Sequence record: ON631220.1
Strand: one strand, 5' to 3'
DNA length: 64,000 bases
The notes under the pieces were generated by a model. That model did not search any database. It saw only the letters and a program-made list of their open reading frames with translations, and was not told where the DNA came from. How positions within the stretch are numbered: the first letter of the stretch is position 1; every line of letters starts with the position of its first letter. The position numbers and the translations under genes are program-made. Positions 50,407 through 60,106 of this stretch are shown here, in pieces.

Positions 50407-51465
50407 ATGAATGGTTTATTTGTATGTATCGAAGGAACTGAAGGTGTTGGTAAAACAACTGTTACAAAGATGGTTGTTGAGGAACTACGTAAGCGCAATT
50501 ACGATGTAGTAGCAATGCGTGAACCAGGTGGTACAGCTACATCGGAAAAGATTCGACAAATGTTAATTTGGCCAGAATTTAAAGATGAAGTTCGTCCGCC
50601 AGAATTCGATGTATTGATGCATAGTGCAGGTAGGATGCTTAATGTAGAAAACATTATTCGACCTGCTTTAAAAGATGATAAAATCGTTATCACTGAACGT
50701 TTCATTGCATCTACTTATGCTCTTAATGTAGTACCTTTTGAAGAAACTAATCCATACCTATCAAAACTATTTATGGATATTCTTCAAGGAACACTACATT
50801 CTATTCCAGAACCGGCTACTTTCTTTTTAACTGCTCCTGAAGAAGTTCGTAAAAAACGAATTGAAATGCGCGACCGAGGTCTTGACTATTATGAGTCTAA
50901 GGGTTCCAGTTACTTTAATAAAGTAGATGAAGGTTATGGACGCTTAATTAATCAACCTAGTTCAATTGTTGTAGATACCAATCGCGATCTAGACATCATT
51001 GTTAATGAGATTGTTGAATCAATTATTTTCCTGCGTGATAAACAAAAAAATAAACAATCATCATTTGATGAACAACTAGCTAAAACTACAACTAGTGATC
51101 AGTTTGATGATAGTGTAAGTTCTGAAATACCATGGAATGATGAACAGCAAGAAGATACTGTCGCAACAACCGATGACACTATTAATTTTGATCTAGATGC
51201 TGAAATCAGTAAGTATCTTGATGAAAATATTATCCCTCAGTTATTCGAAGGTGATGATCGTTTCCTTGCATCTGGTAAGGTTGTGGCACAGAAGTACTGC
51301 CAACGAGTTTACGATCAGCTACCTGATAGTGAAAAGCACAAGATGTTCTTAGGTTCAAATAAAGAACGTCTAAATCAACAAATTCATAGTTTACTTTACT
51401 ATGGACATCAATTAGATGCATTCATTGCAGAAAATGATCTAATTGGTAAAACACTCTGGAAATAA
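50407..51465 (+). CDS. tmk: Thymidylate kinase with a C-terminal extra domain
   Basis: P-loop EGTEGVGKTT, REPGGT and ERFIAST; about 140 aa extension after the kinase fold. Confidence 0.92.
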   Translation: MNGLFVCIEGTEGVGKTTVTKMVVEELRKRNYDVVAMREPGGTATSEKIRQMLIWPEFKDEVRPPEFDVLMHSAGRMLNVENIIRPALKDDKIVITERFIASTYALNVVPFEETNPYLSKLFMDILQGTLHSIPEPATFFLTAPEEVRKKRIEMRDRGLDYYESKGSSYFNKVDEGYGRLINQPSSIVVDTNRDLDIIVNEIVESIIFLRDKQKNKQSSFDEQLAKTTTSDQFDDSVSSEIPWNDEQQEDTVATTDDTINFDLDAEISKYLDENIIPQLFEGDDRFLASGKVVAQKYCQRVYDQLPDSEKHKMFLGSNKERLNQQIHSLLYYGHQLDAFIAENDLIGKTLWK

Positions 51466-51502
51466 AATTAATTTATTATTTCGTAATTGGTGAAGAAATT
51501 AA

Positions 51503-51754
51503 ATGAGCACTACCCTGACTCTGAAAGAATCTAAATACATCCCTGCAACTAATCTAGATAACCTAGAAGATTATATTGGTCGTACTTTTCTAGTCGAACG
51601 AAATGGCGTGTCTACAGCGCATAAGCTAATTAAACTCTCTCGCCGAGATGTTTATCTTGGTTATCCGGATGGTAGGGAAGATTCATTTACATTGTCTATT
51701 AATAAATTCCGGAAGTTTTATAAACTAGCACCATCTAATCGCGATAAAAAATAA
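51503..51754 (+). CDS. Hypothetical protein
   Basis: 83 aa ORF followed by a terminator. Confidence 0.7.
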   Translation: MSTTLTLKESKYIPATNLDNLEDYIGRTFLVERNGVSTAHKLIKLSRRDVYLGYPDGREDSFTLSINKFRKFYKLAPSNRDKK

Positions 51755-51767
51755 AATACGATATAAT

Positions 51768-51795
51768 AGAGTCCCCATTACGGGGACTCTTCTTT
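51768..51795 (+). terminator. Terminator
   Basis: AGAGTCCCC-ATTAC-GGGGACTCT-TCTTT. Confidence 0.8.
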
Positions 51796-51823
51796 ATAAT
51801 TTTTTTGTTAAAAGGTATATCAA

Positions 51824-52264
51824 GTGTTCAATAGAATTGTTAGAGCTTTTCACATTATCGATAAAGACCAATCTAAACATGGTGAACTAGATCTACCACA
51901 ATGGCCAGCCTATGTATCGGTTACTCCTAAAGTTATCGATATTAGGGATAAAGAATTTAATTATCATGGTTTTATTTCACATATCAATGCCCCTTTAAAA
52001 GTTATAAAACCAGATGAATATATTAAAGCCAGGTATACTTTATCTTCATACTTTATCCATCAGAATGAAGGAGATGATGATCCAGTTGATGCACCAGGTT
52101 TTAGTATTGACATTGAATACAGGTTAGTTACTCAAAATACTAAGACATGGCATTTAGATATCAACATCATCACTGATAAATCAATTAGTTACAATATCGA
52201 AAGTATTCTAAATGCGGAATTCATGTGTCAATGTCCATTTAATCTTTATATAAACGGTAAATAG
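51824..52264 (+). CDS. Hypothetical protein
   Basis: 146 aa, GTG start. Confidence 0.65.
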   Translation: MFNRIVRAFHIIDKDQSKHGELDLPQWPAYVSVTPKVIDIRDKEFNYHGFISHINAPLKVIKPDEYIKARYTLSSYFIHQNEGDDDPVDAPGFSIDIEYRLVTQNTKTWHLDINIITDKSISYNIESILNAEFMCQCPFNLYINGK

Positions 52265-52291
52265 CTAATCATTTATAATAGAGGAAAGAGT

Positions 52292-53083
52292 ATGTTTAAA
52301 TCCTTGAACTTTAACTACACCACTCAACCTTCTACTGAAGGTATCTGTTTGTATATCGGTCATGGCGATATTGGACTACTTGAGGGTAATAAATCTTCAA
52401 CTGGCATTACTAAGAAATTAGAACAATGTCCTTATTACCTACATGTTACTGTTGGTGAATCAAATACAGCTAACCAATTGACCATTACTGGTTATACTAA
52501 TAACCAACCTAACATCCGTAGTTGGCATGGTCAAGAAGCTATGGACATTCTGCTGAATAATATCAACAGCAATAACAATGTGGTGCAACGAGAACTTAAC
52601 TTTGAAGTACTCATTGAATCAGTTGAACGTAAAGACCCGCGCGTTATTATACTAATGGCGCTAGGTGCACTTCCATCTCAAGATTACCCTGGTCATTTTG
52701 ATGATTTAGCATCCGATAAGCAACTATTCAAACGGGTAGGCTCTTTCATTGATTATAATGAAAAAGAATATAGTGATACATACAATACCATTACACGCAA
52801 ATTATTTAACCTGTGTGGCTGTGGTTATCCAGAAGCGGAGTTGCGTTATATTGATGATGTATTGGATATATATCGCCAAGGTCGGAATACTTCTAAACGT
52901 AATGAATGTAATAAGAAATATGGGTTTGGTCCAACTACATTCATGCTACATTATCTAGATAGTCTTGGATTTGCCGAGCATGGTACAGGCGCTGCTGGTT
53001 GGCTGCTCGATGAAGGTGCATGGGTTAATGTATTAGTAAAATTGGCAATTAAGGAAACCGAGGGTGGATGCACTGATGTTTAA
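52292..53083 (+). CDS. Hypothetical protein with a C-terminal CGCG...EHG...W phage domain
   Basis: 263 aa; GAGGA RBS; LCGCGYPE...LDSLGFAEHGTGAAGWL. Confidence 0.7.
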   Translation: MFKSLNFNYTTQPSTEGICLYIGHGDIGLLEGNKSSTGITKKLEQCPYYLHVTVGESNTANQLTITGYTNNQPNIRSWHGQEAMDILLNNINSNNNVVQRELNFEVLIESVERKDPRVIILMALGALPSQDYPGHFDDLASDKQLFKRVGSFIDYNEKEYSDTYNTITRKLFNLCGCGYPEAELRYIDDVLDIYRQGRNTSKRNECNKKYGFGPTTFMLHYLDSLGFAEHGTGAAGWLLDEGAWVNVLVKLAIKETEGGCTDV

Positions 53084-53801
53084 ATTATCGATGCGTGTAT
53101 TTTGTGCGGTATTTCTGATTAGTATCGGCATGTGTACTAAAGCTAGTGTTAATTACGAACCACTTGCTTTTTATGGTGTACCACTATTCTACTCTAATCA
53201 TACTCCGCGAATTGCTCCATGTAACTTCGACCAACAATCTGGACTTGGTAGTTGCGGATGGACTAGTTATCCAGAATATTCAGTTATTCCATTAGTTAAA
53301 CCAAGTGATCCAACTAAACAGATTCTTGTTAATTATTCGATGTATCAAGAAGTCATCTGTAATGATGAACAATGCTTTACTTCTGATTATCATGAGCCGT
53401 ATGGTTTACTTTCAGGATTTAAAGGCACCACATATTGGTCTGTGCCAACTGGTTATTATCTACTAAATGGACCCAATGGTGTACATGGTGTTAAGTTTGG
53501 TAACGGACCATTAAAAGATAATTATCCTATTCGTGATATTTACATGATAAATAATGATAGAGATATTGATGGCGAATACCTCTCTCTAAAAAATACTAAG
53601 GGAATTTATAATGTGATGTGTAGTCCATTGACCCAGATGTGTAAATATTTGGGTAAAGAGTACACTCTATTGGAACTAAACCAATTGATTCCTTTTGTAA
53701 AGACTACCATTTGTGATGAATACCTTTGTTACATCGATAATAGTAAAGGCAAGGTTGCAGGCATAAATCCAAAACGAAAGGATATTTATGAGGGGTTATA
53801 A
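53076..53801 (+). CDS. Exported Cys-rich protein with a signal peptide
   Basis: N-terminal basic plus hydrophobic leader; paired Cys motifs occurring in two repeats. Confidence 0.65.
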   Translation: MFKLSMRVFCAVFLISIGMCTKASVNYEPLAFYGVPLFYSNHTPRIAPCNFDQQSGLGSCGWTSYPEYSVIPLVKPSDPTKQILVNYSMYQEVICNDEQCFTSDYHEPYGLLSGFKGTTYWSVPTGYYLLNGPNGVHGVKFGNGPLKDNYPIRDIYMINNDRDIDGEYLSLKNTKGIYNVMCSPLTQMCKYLGKEYTLLELNQLIPFVKTTICDEYLCYIDNSKGKVAGINPKRKDIYEGL

Positions 53802-54163
53802 TGAATATTACCAATATAAAGCTCATCCAAACGATGGATGATGTATTGAAGGAACTCACGAAATATCATGATAACCTCAAGCCTCATGTAGATATTAAAA
53901 TAGAGGTTTCACCGTGGGGCGCTAAGTGTACACTCTTGTCTGAGGATACGGTTCGTAAGGTAGTTGTTGAAATCAATATAGATAAACCACTAAATATGTG
54001 CGTAACCTATTTCTTTGATGAGAAAGTGGTTACTAAGATTAACAAAGATAATTCACATCACCATACTGAATTAGCTAAACAAATAAATACGTTCTTTTCG
54101 GATACAAGTATCCCAACACGAACATTCGATTACCATGGGTTCCTAGATTATATTGGATTCTAA
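53801..54163 (+). CDS. Hypothetical protein
   Basis: 120 aa; TAATG coupling; GAGG RBS. Confidence 0.75.
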   Translation: MNITNIKLIQTMDDVLKELTKYHDNLKPHVDIKIEVSPWGAKCTLLSEDTVRKVVVEINIDKPLNMCVTYFFDEKVVTKINKDNSHHHTELAKQINTFFSDTSIPTRTFDYHGFLDYIGF

Positions 54164-54175
54164 AAGGAGATTACA

Positions 54176-54532
54176 ATGGGTTCTCTAACTCTTGAAACAG
54201 GGCGACAGATTGAGCATTATTTGCTGAATGCTATTAGTACCCATATTAATGCATCCCAGATTGACGCTACATTACGTGAAACAGTTAATGTCATCGATAA
54301 CCCTGTAACAAAACGATCTATCGCATATGTGGTTGAAAGGGGCAAGGATATCCGCATTGCAGTTTATGATACTAGTAATGATCATCATGCCATGATATCT
54401 TATATTGAGTCTGGTGATAGTGAATTTAAAGTTCTTAATATGGCACAGGCTGTTCGGATAACCAAATTCTCATTGAATCAATTTGATGAAGCAGCAACAT
54501 GTGCAGTAAACTGGCTTGCCGGGAATCCATAA
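54176..54532 (+). CDS. Hypothetical protein
   Basis: 118 aa; AGGAG RBS. Confidence 0.75.
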   Translation: MGSLTLETGRQIEHYLLNAISTHINASQIDATLRETVNVIDNPVTKRSIAYVVERGKDIRIAVYDTSNDHHAMISYIESGDSEFKVLNMAQAVRITKFSLNQFDEAATCAVNWLAGNP

Positions 54533-54681
54533 TACGTCATTGATTAAAGTGTCACTACAGCTTAATACTCAATCTCAGTCTAAACACTGATCTGATTAGA
54601 TTGAAGACTACTGAGTCAACCCACTATTACCTAATTCTAATTCGATATAGGTAAATTATAAATACTAAATCAGGTAATGTC

Positions 54682-55056
54682 ATGGATTCATTAAAAATAC
54701 AAAACATTCTCTTATGCAATAAAGCATTCAAGGCGATTGTCGAACATCCACTTCAGATTAAATCTGATAGGTCTACTAGTATTCAAGTATTAAATAATGA
54801 ATTGAATTATGGGTTGACTTATATCTTTCATGATGCTGATTCCACTAGAACTGTGAAATTAACAGTACGTTACGGTAATGTAGTAATCTCATTAGTGGAT
54901 AGTAATAATAGATTAGAAAAAGAATTTACCTTTGATAATGAAACTAGTTATCAATTAATGGGTAAAATAGTTTATTGTTATTTACGTAAAAATAAAGATG
55001 ATTATTATCGTGGATTAAGTGATAGTGGATATTTACAATGGCTAGGGATTACTTAA
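54682..55056 (+). CDS. Hypothetical protein
   Basis: 124 aa ORF. Confidence 0.7.
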   Translation: MDSLKIQNILLCNKAFKAIVEHPLQIKSDRSTSIQVLNNELNYGLTYIFHDADSTRTVKLTVRYGNVVISLVDSNNRLEKEFTFDNETSYQLMGKIVYCYLRKNKDDYYRGLSDSGYLQWLGIT

Positions 55057-55057
55057 T

Positions 55058-55420
55058 ATGCTATTTAATAAAGTTATCCGATATTTTAAAAGAAGGCGGT
55101 GTAATACGTCTGAATTAATTGAGATTAATGAACTTATATTAAAAGCAGCTAGGCGACAGAATTATGATCTAGGCCATTTAATTAGTTATCTTGGTGATGG
55201 CAATGATCCAAAATTTATTGATTTTATAAAGAAAGAATATTCTGAGATACACGCTTATTACAATTCCGTATTCAACCCAGCTGACTTCGGTAAAAACTAT
55301 AAGACAAAGTTACATTCTGATCTATTAGAAGCTGAAACTAAATTAAATAAGTTTAAAGAATTATGTAAAAAACATAATATCGACTATTCACACATTGTTG
55401 AAGATGAAATACCTTTCTAG
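55058..55420 (+). CDS. Hypothetical protein
   Basis: 120 aa ORF ending in EDEIPF. Confidence 0.7.
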   Translation: MLFNKVIRYFKRRRCNTSELIEINELILKAARRQNYDLGHLISYLGDGNDPKFIDFIKKEYSEIHAYYNSVFNPADFGKNYKTKLHSDLLEAETKLNKFKELCKKHNIDYSHIVEDEIPF

Positions 55421-55431
55421 GCGGAAATAAA

Positions 55432-55794
55432 ATGGAATTAATCAGTGTCAGCTCAATGGCATTATTCTTTGGTTTAATTGTAGCACACTTCATCTTTGAT
55501 TTTTCATTGCAAAATGATTTTATTGCAAAGGCTAAAGATCATACCACTGAACTAGGTTCTCTATATTGGAAATGGGTATTACCCGCGCATAGTTTTATGC
55601 ATGGCGGTGCAGTTTATTTCATCACTGGTTCATTAGTTTTAGGACTTATTGAAACAATTGCTCATTGCATTATTGATTATTTAAAATGTGATAATAAAAT
55701 TACATTTAATCAAGATCAGTGGTTACACATTGGTTTTAAACTGATGTATACTTATCTAATTGTTTATGAAGTACCTTTTGTAATGTACGGCTAA
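55432..55794 (+). CDS. DUF3307-like membrane protein
   Basis: AHFIFDF.LQ, AHS.MHG, HCIIDYLK and DQWLH motifs within hydrophobic helices. Confidence 0.75.
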   Translation: MELISVSSMALFFGLIVAHFIFDFSLQNDFIAKAKDHTTELGSLYWKWVLPAHSFMHGGAVYFITGSLVLGLIETIAHCIIDYLKCDNKITFNQDQWLHIGFKLMYTYLIVYEVPFVMYG

Positions 55795-55805
55795 AGTTAT
55801 ATATT

Positions 55806-55832
55806 ACCCTCTCCTTCGGGAGAGGGTTTATG
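55806..55832 (+). terminator. Terminator
   Basis: ACCCTCTCC-TTCG-GGAGAGGGT-TTAT. Confidence 0.8.
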
Positions 55833-55934
55833 TTTAATATTTTTTTTGTTAAGTTTTATTACCCAATCTGATAGGGCTATAATGGAGTTTAGTCTTGTGG
55901 AAGTTTATAAAACCCTATTGGGAAGAGAACTACA

Positions 55935-56423
55935 ATGGTTATTACACATCAAACTGTAGACCAGATAGATACACAAGTGAGTTTAGGTTTACCTATTGGT
56001 TACTATGGTGCTAATGATGATCTATCTACATTAATTAGGATGATTGGTGATTGGAACATCAGACCCATTGAAGAGCGTAGGACACTAGGTACAGGTTATA
56101 TTGTAGCTGTCCCATCGAATACTCGTACACGAGTGATTTACACTGCTGGTCGTAAGAAATGGCTAGAAGCATTAGATTTTAGCCCCGAATTAGCCGAGAA
56201 GTATATTCGTGCTTGTAGTGCAATAAAACGATGCTGGGACCACGATGTCGCAACCTTTGTCCTAACACATAATAAAATTAGCGACGAATTACTTAAAGAA
56301 TTGATGAGTGTTGAGAATCCTAAAGCTGTACTCAATCACTATAAAATTCCTGTAAAGATTTCTAGAAATAGAATAATTGCAGCTTGTCAAATAATCTTCA
56401 ATATTCGTGGACTAAAAGTCTAA
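55935..56423 (+). CDS. Hypothetical protein
   Basis: 162 aa ORF. Confidence 0.75.
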   Translation: MVITHQTVDQIDTQVSLGLPIGYYGANDDLSTLIRMIGDWNIRPIEERRTLGTGYIVAVPSNTRTRVIYTAGRKKWLEALDFSPELAEKYIRACSAIKRCWDHDVATFVLTHNKISDELLKELMSVENPKAVLNHYKIPVKISRNRIIAACQIIFNIRGLKV

Positions 56424-56434
56424 TACTTTTATAG

Positions 56435-56462
56435 GAGAGAACCATGATGGTTCTCTCTTTTT
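56435..56462 (+). terminator. Terminator
   Basis: GAGAGAACC-ATGAT-GGTTCTCTC-TTTTT. Confidence 0.75.
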
Positions 56463-56513
56463 GACGTAAGTGCATTATTGTTATGATAAGACTTTCGTAC
56501 AAGGAAAACTACT

Positions 56514-56945
56514 ATGTTACTTTTTGTTGATACAGAATTTGATACGCCTACTGGTACTCTTATTTCACTCGGTATTGTTAGTGAAGATCGACGTTGTGAA
56601 TTCTACGAAGTTCTACCATATGACAATATTGAAGATGAATGGGTTAAAGAAAACGTTATTCCTATTCTTCAAAAAGAACCAATCTCTTTAGAAGAATTCC
56701 ATGATAGACTAGCCAAGTTTCTTGGTCAGTTTGCTCGATTACATTTTATAGCTAATCATGTTAACGATATGGTTTACACTGGTAAAGCTATGGATATGGG
56801 TAAAGGTAAACAAGTTGTTGAGTTACCAACTATATTTGAATTAAATCATGAGCTAAGTGGAAAAGGTTCTAAAATGCTTCACAACGCACTATTTGATGCT
56901 CGTGCAACTCTAGATGACTGGGAGCGTTTAAATGGTGTGAACTAA
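56514..56945 (+). CDS. DEDDh 3'-5' exonuclease (DnaQ-like / Rv2179c-like)
   Basis: FVDTEF (ExoI), LISLGIV and HNALFDAR (ExoIII). Confidence 0.8.
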   Translation: MLLFVDTEFDTPTGTLISLGIVSEDRRCEFYEVLPYDNIEDEWVKENVIPILQKEPISLEEFHDRLAKFLGQFARLHFIANHVNDMVYTGKAMDMGKGKQVVELPTIFELNHELSGKGSKMLHNALFDARATLDDWERLNGVN

Positions 56946-56964
56946 CCTTTTTGGGATAGCCATC

Positions 56965-57624
56965 ATGACTAACACCTTTGAGAAGATGTCAGGCGACAAA
57001 TATAGAAAAAGTCGTCCAGAAATCGTACTGCGTTTGCTGATCGCAACCAGTTTTCCTCAATCCGTTTTAGCCGATTTGACTTTTGATATTACTAAGCAAG
57101 TTGGTATTACTGATAACGATGAATTAGAGAAGATTGCTAATGGCATGCGTGATGTTGAACGTAAGTTTGACATGACTGATTTCGTTAGATGTATTGATCT
57201 ACGTCGTAATGGTAATGACGTAAATATAACTGTTAATTGTTGGGATTTTGATCCACGTGCTAAAACTATCGAGGATCGTGCGGAGAACCATGAATTCCTG
57301 GCAAACAGTAATATTACCTTACATTCACCAGAAGCAGATTTTAATGATCCACGTGAACTGGCTAGTAAATTAGTTGGACTATTTTTTCGTAGCAAGATAG
57401 GTCAAAAGCCATCAGCTAGTAATTTTACTAAGGGATGGAAAATTCTTAGTAAACCAATTAGTAAATCTAAAAATACAGGTGATATAGAATCAATCGATCT
57501 AGTTGATGCTATTGAACTAGTAGCTCAGAGTTTAGCTAAACGTAGGTTTAACATTAAAATTACCACAAGCGCTATTTTATTACTTGATCAGAAAAGACGG
57601 TTATTTAATATAACGCGTGGTTAA
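56965..57624 (+). CDS. Hypothetical protein
   Basis: 219 aa ORF. Confidence 0.75.
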   Translation: MTNTFEKMSGDKYRKSRPEIVLRLLIATSFPQSVLADLTFDITKQVGITDNDELEKIANGMRDVERKFDMTDFVRCIDLRRNGNDVNITVNCWDFDPRAKTIEDRAENHEFLANSNITLHSPEADFNDPRELASKLVGLFFRSKIGQKPSASNFTKGWKILSKPISKSKNTGDIESIDLVDAIELVAQSLAKRRFNIKITTSAILLLDQKRRLFNITRG

Positions 57625-57629
57625 AACAA

Positions 57630-57662
57630 CATAATGCCCTCCCATTGCGGGAGGGCTTATGC
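57630..57662. terminator. Bidirectional terminator (family member)
   Basis: CATAATGCCCTCCC-ATTGC-GGGAGGGCTTATG between convergent genes. Confidence 0.8.
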
Positions 57663-57664
57663 CG

Positions 57665-59614
57665 TTAAACTTTTACAAGTTTATCATTTTCTATTTTCCA
57701 ATTAGCATGGAAAGAAATTGGTTGACCAGTGGTCTCATCAAGAATGTCACCAGTCTTTAACCTATTTTTAATAGCTCGGTTATTTCCAAAGAATGGAACT
57801 AGTTTAGCTACTGTTACATCAGCTAATCCTGGATCTTTCATTACATACCAGCCAGGTGTTGAAGCCAGTTCATCATACTGGACAACTTTAGAAGTATCTG
57901 CAAAGATAACAATATCACCATGTCGTCCGTTCTGGACACGTTGTGATAGTTTACCCCATGTGGAGTTATTATCATAAACATATACATTAGCTGTATTTAA
58001 TGTCTCACCAAGGAATGTACGGCGTAATGCAGTCAATACTATTGGTTTTATATTAATGTTATTCTTATATGCATTCGCTACACGATACATATACTTGGTC
58101 ATGCTAAGATTAATATATTCATAAATTTTAGCTTTACTTATCCCTTTATAATCATCCCATGCCATTGTACCTATAAGGGATGCTTCATTATAAAGAGAAG
58201 CAGGTTTTGAACTAAGTACCACTTGATGCTGCATTGTGTAAGTATAAGGTACACGTACGTTAATACGTATCTGATCATTATCATGGATTAAAAGAGTTGA
58301 TCCATGAGTTATCAGATCCCACTGAGTAATGCCCTGACTAAATAAGAATGATCCAACTAAATAGCCATTTATTTGAATATCGCCTAGATAATCCTGATGG
58401 TCAGTACCATTTGAGTAACCTAGATTAAGATCAAAATAACGCTTAGCTGTTAGTATCTGAGTAGTATCAATAGCTTGGCCATTATCACGTGCAACAAAGA
58501 TACCATCATCTACACCAACTTGGAATCTAAATGAAATAGCATACGGTTTATTAGGATTTTCAGATGTCGTACAAAGAAAATTGTAAATGTACTCGCCAGT
58601 ATGATCGAAGGTAAATTCAGGAATATCTTCTTTGTTATACGCTGGGAAAGTAACAAGCTTAATCTCACTTTCACTTGAATCACCTTTGATAACAAAGTCA
58701 GTTACTTGACCATTACCAATAGATTTATTCATACCTGTAAACAAACCAGATGATGCAGCTTTTGGTGACCAGCTTAGCATCTGATTTACAGTATATTGAA
58801 CATCTGACCTATCAACAACACCAGAGAAATAAGAACCAAAATTAAAGGCTAGTCTATTAGCGGTAAATGCAAAACTACCATTATTTTCTTTAGCATCTTC
58901 AATATTAGTGTAATCTCTTGAAGCAGAATCAGTTATAACAAAGATACCATTACCCGATTTACGCCAAGTAGCTAGATTATCAATAGTCGCCTGACTCACT
59001 CTTTCAGGAGTTAATGCACCAGTATTATGATCTTTAGTAGAGAATAGAATACATGCATAATACTTATTAAGATCTGTTAAAGTAAGGTCTACTGTGCCAC
59101 CCATCATTTCTGGGTAATAAACATCATAGGTAGAATCTTGTACACGAGCAGCCGTATCTAGTATCTTTTTAAAACCATTACCTGACGTATTGAGGACTGA
59201 ATAAGGTTCACTAGGATTACTATCTGTGATTACTAAGAATTTCTTTCCAGTTGATTCGTACTTACTACCATTCCTAATAAACCCAATAGCATTATAAAAA
59301 TATCTTACCCATCCCCATAGATCTTGAGGGTTTGTTGTATTAGCCGGAATTTGGTAAGTATCATAGTTTAAATTATAGAATTTTGGAAAACTACAATCAT
59401 AAAGAACATTACCAGTGCCATCTTGCACAACAGCAATAAATGGACTACCACCTGTTGCAGGGTCACCATCATAAGCAATGTATTCAGAGAGCACCGGAGG
59501 TAACTCCGGGCTCACTGTATAATACACCTTCTGAATATCTGAACTAAAGTTAAATTTAACTTTAGAGTTTAGTGCCACAGGACCCGGCACTTGCGACGGG
59601 ACAATAGAAGGCAT
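57665..59614 (-). CDS. Virion structural protein (phiKZ gp201-like)
   Basis: 649 aa, aromatic- and beta-rich; GGAG RBS; synteny with the SF2 helicase gene. Confidence 0.6.
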   Translation of the reverse strand: MPSIVPSQVPGPVALNSKVKFNFSSDIQKVYYTVSPELPPVLSEYIAYDGDPATGGSPFIAVVQDGTGNVLYDCSFPKFYNLNYDTYQIPANTTNPQDLWGWVRYFYNAIGFIRNGSKYESTGKKFLVITDSNPSEPYSVLNTSGNGFKKILDTAARVQDSTYDVYYPEMMGGTVDLTLTDLNKYYACILFSTKDHNTGALTPERVSQATIDNLATWRKSGNGIFVITDSASRDYTNIEDAKENNGSFAFTANRLAFNFGSYFSGVVDRSDVQYTVNQMLSWSPKAASSGLFTGMNKSIGNGQVTDFVIKGDSSESEIKLVTFPAYNKEDIPEFTFDHTGEYIYNFLCTTSENPNKPYAISFRFQVGVDDGIFVARDNGQAIDTTQILTAKRYFDLNLGYSNGTDHQDYLGDIQINGYLVGSFLFSQGITQWDLITHGSTLLIHDNDQIRINVRVPYTYTMQHQVVLSSKPASLYNEASLIGTMAWDDYKGISKAKIYEYINLSMTKYMYRVANAYKNNINIKPIVLTALRRTFLGETLNTANVYVYDNNSTWGKLSQRVQNGRHGDIVIFADTSKVVQYDELASTPGWYVMKDPGLADVTVAKLVPFFGNNRAIKNRLKTGDILDETTGQPISFHANWKIENDKLVKV

Positions 59615-59624
59615 TTCTCACTCC

Positions 59625-60095
59625 TTACGGGGTATACACGGGAATATCAGCCGTCTTAATAGGTGAGTCAACTCGAATATAATAAGTGATTGGTACAGAC
59701 AGGCTATACCCACGGATATTTAAAATCCCTGTAGATGAATCGAGATCCCAACCAATACTAGCAGAAGCGCTAATAAGCTTACCACTAGTAGGACTAGTAG
59801 TTTCAGGGTCGATAATCTTGAGATCAACGATGGCTGTAGCCAGAGTATAATCACCCATAGAAGTAATAACTTTGGAAAGATCATAAGTAACTACATCTCC
59901 TGGGTTTAATGTACCAGTTTGAAATAGAATTGGTTTTAAACCAGTACTAGGACCTGGACCAGGGCCACCACCAGATTCTAGGATGGTTGTTACTTTGTCA
60001 ACCCACCTTAAAATCGCATTATACATTTCTTCACTGGTGGCTTCAGGCCCAAGAATAAGATCTTCACCAGTATTAGATGAATGTGGATCAGACAT
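59625..60095 (-). CDS. Virion structural protein (phiKZ gp202-like)
   Basis: 156 aa with a GGGPGPGP linker; GGAG RBS. Confidence 0.55.
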   Translation of the reverse strand: MSDPHSSNTGEDLILGPEATSEEMYNAILRWVDKVTTILESGGGPGPGPSTGLKPILFQTGTLNPGDVVTYDLSKVITSMGDYTLATAIVDLKIIDPETTSPTSGKLISASASIGWDLDSSTGILNIRGYSLSVPITYYIRVDSPIKTADIPVYTP

Positions 60096-60106
60096 TTCTG
60101 TCTCCT

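Noticed and set aside
55800-55807. TATATTAC as an early promoter
   Set aside because: No upstream A-tract, and it abuts the terminator stem; a near-identical context (CATATTAC) precedes the terminator at 22715, so it is probably part of the terminator element.
56432-56464. Mini-ORF MMVLSF with an AGGAG RBS as a leader peptide or attenuator
   Set aside because: Only six codons, and fully explained by the terminator stem sequence.
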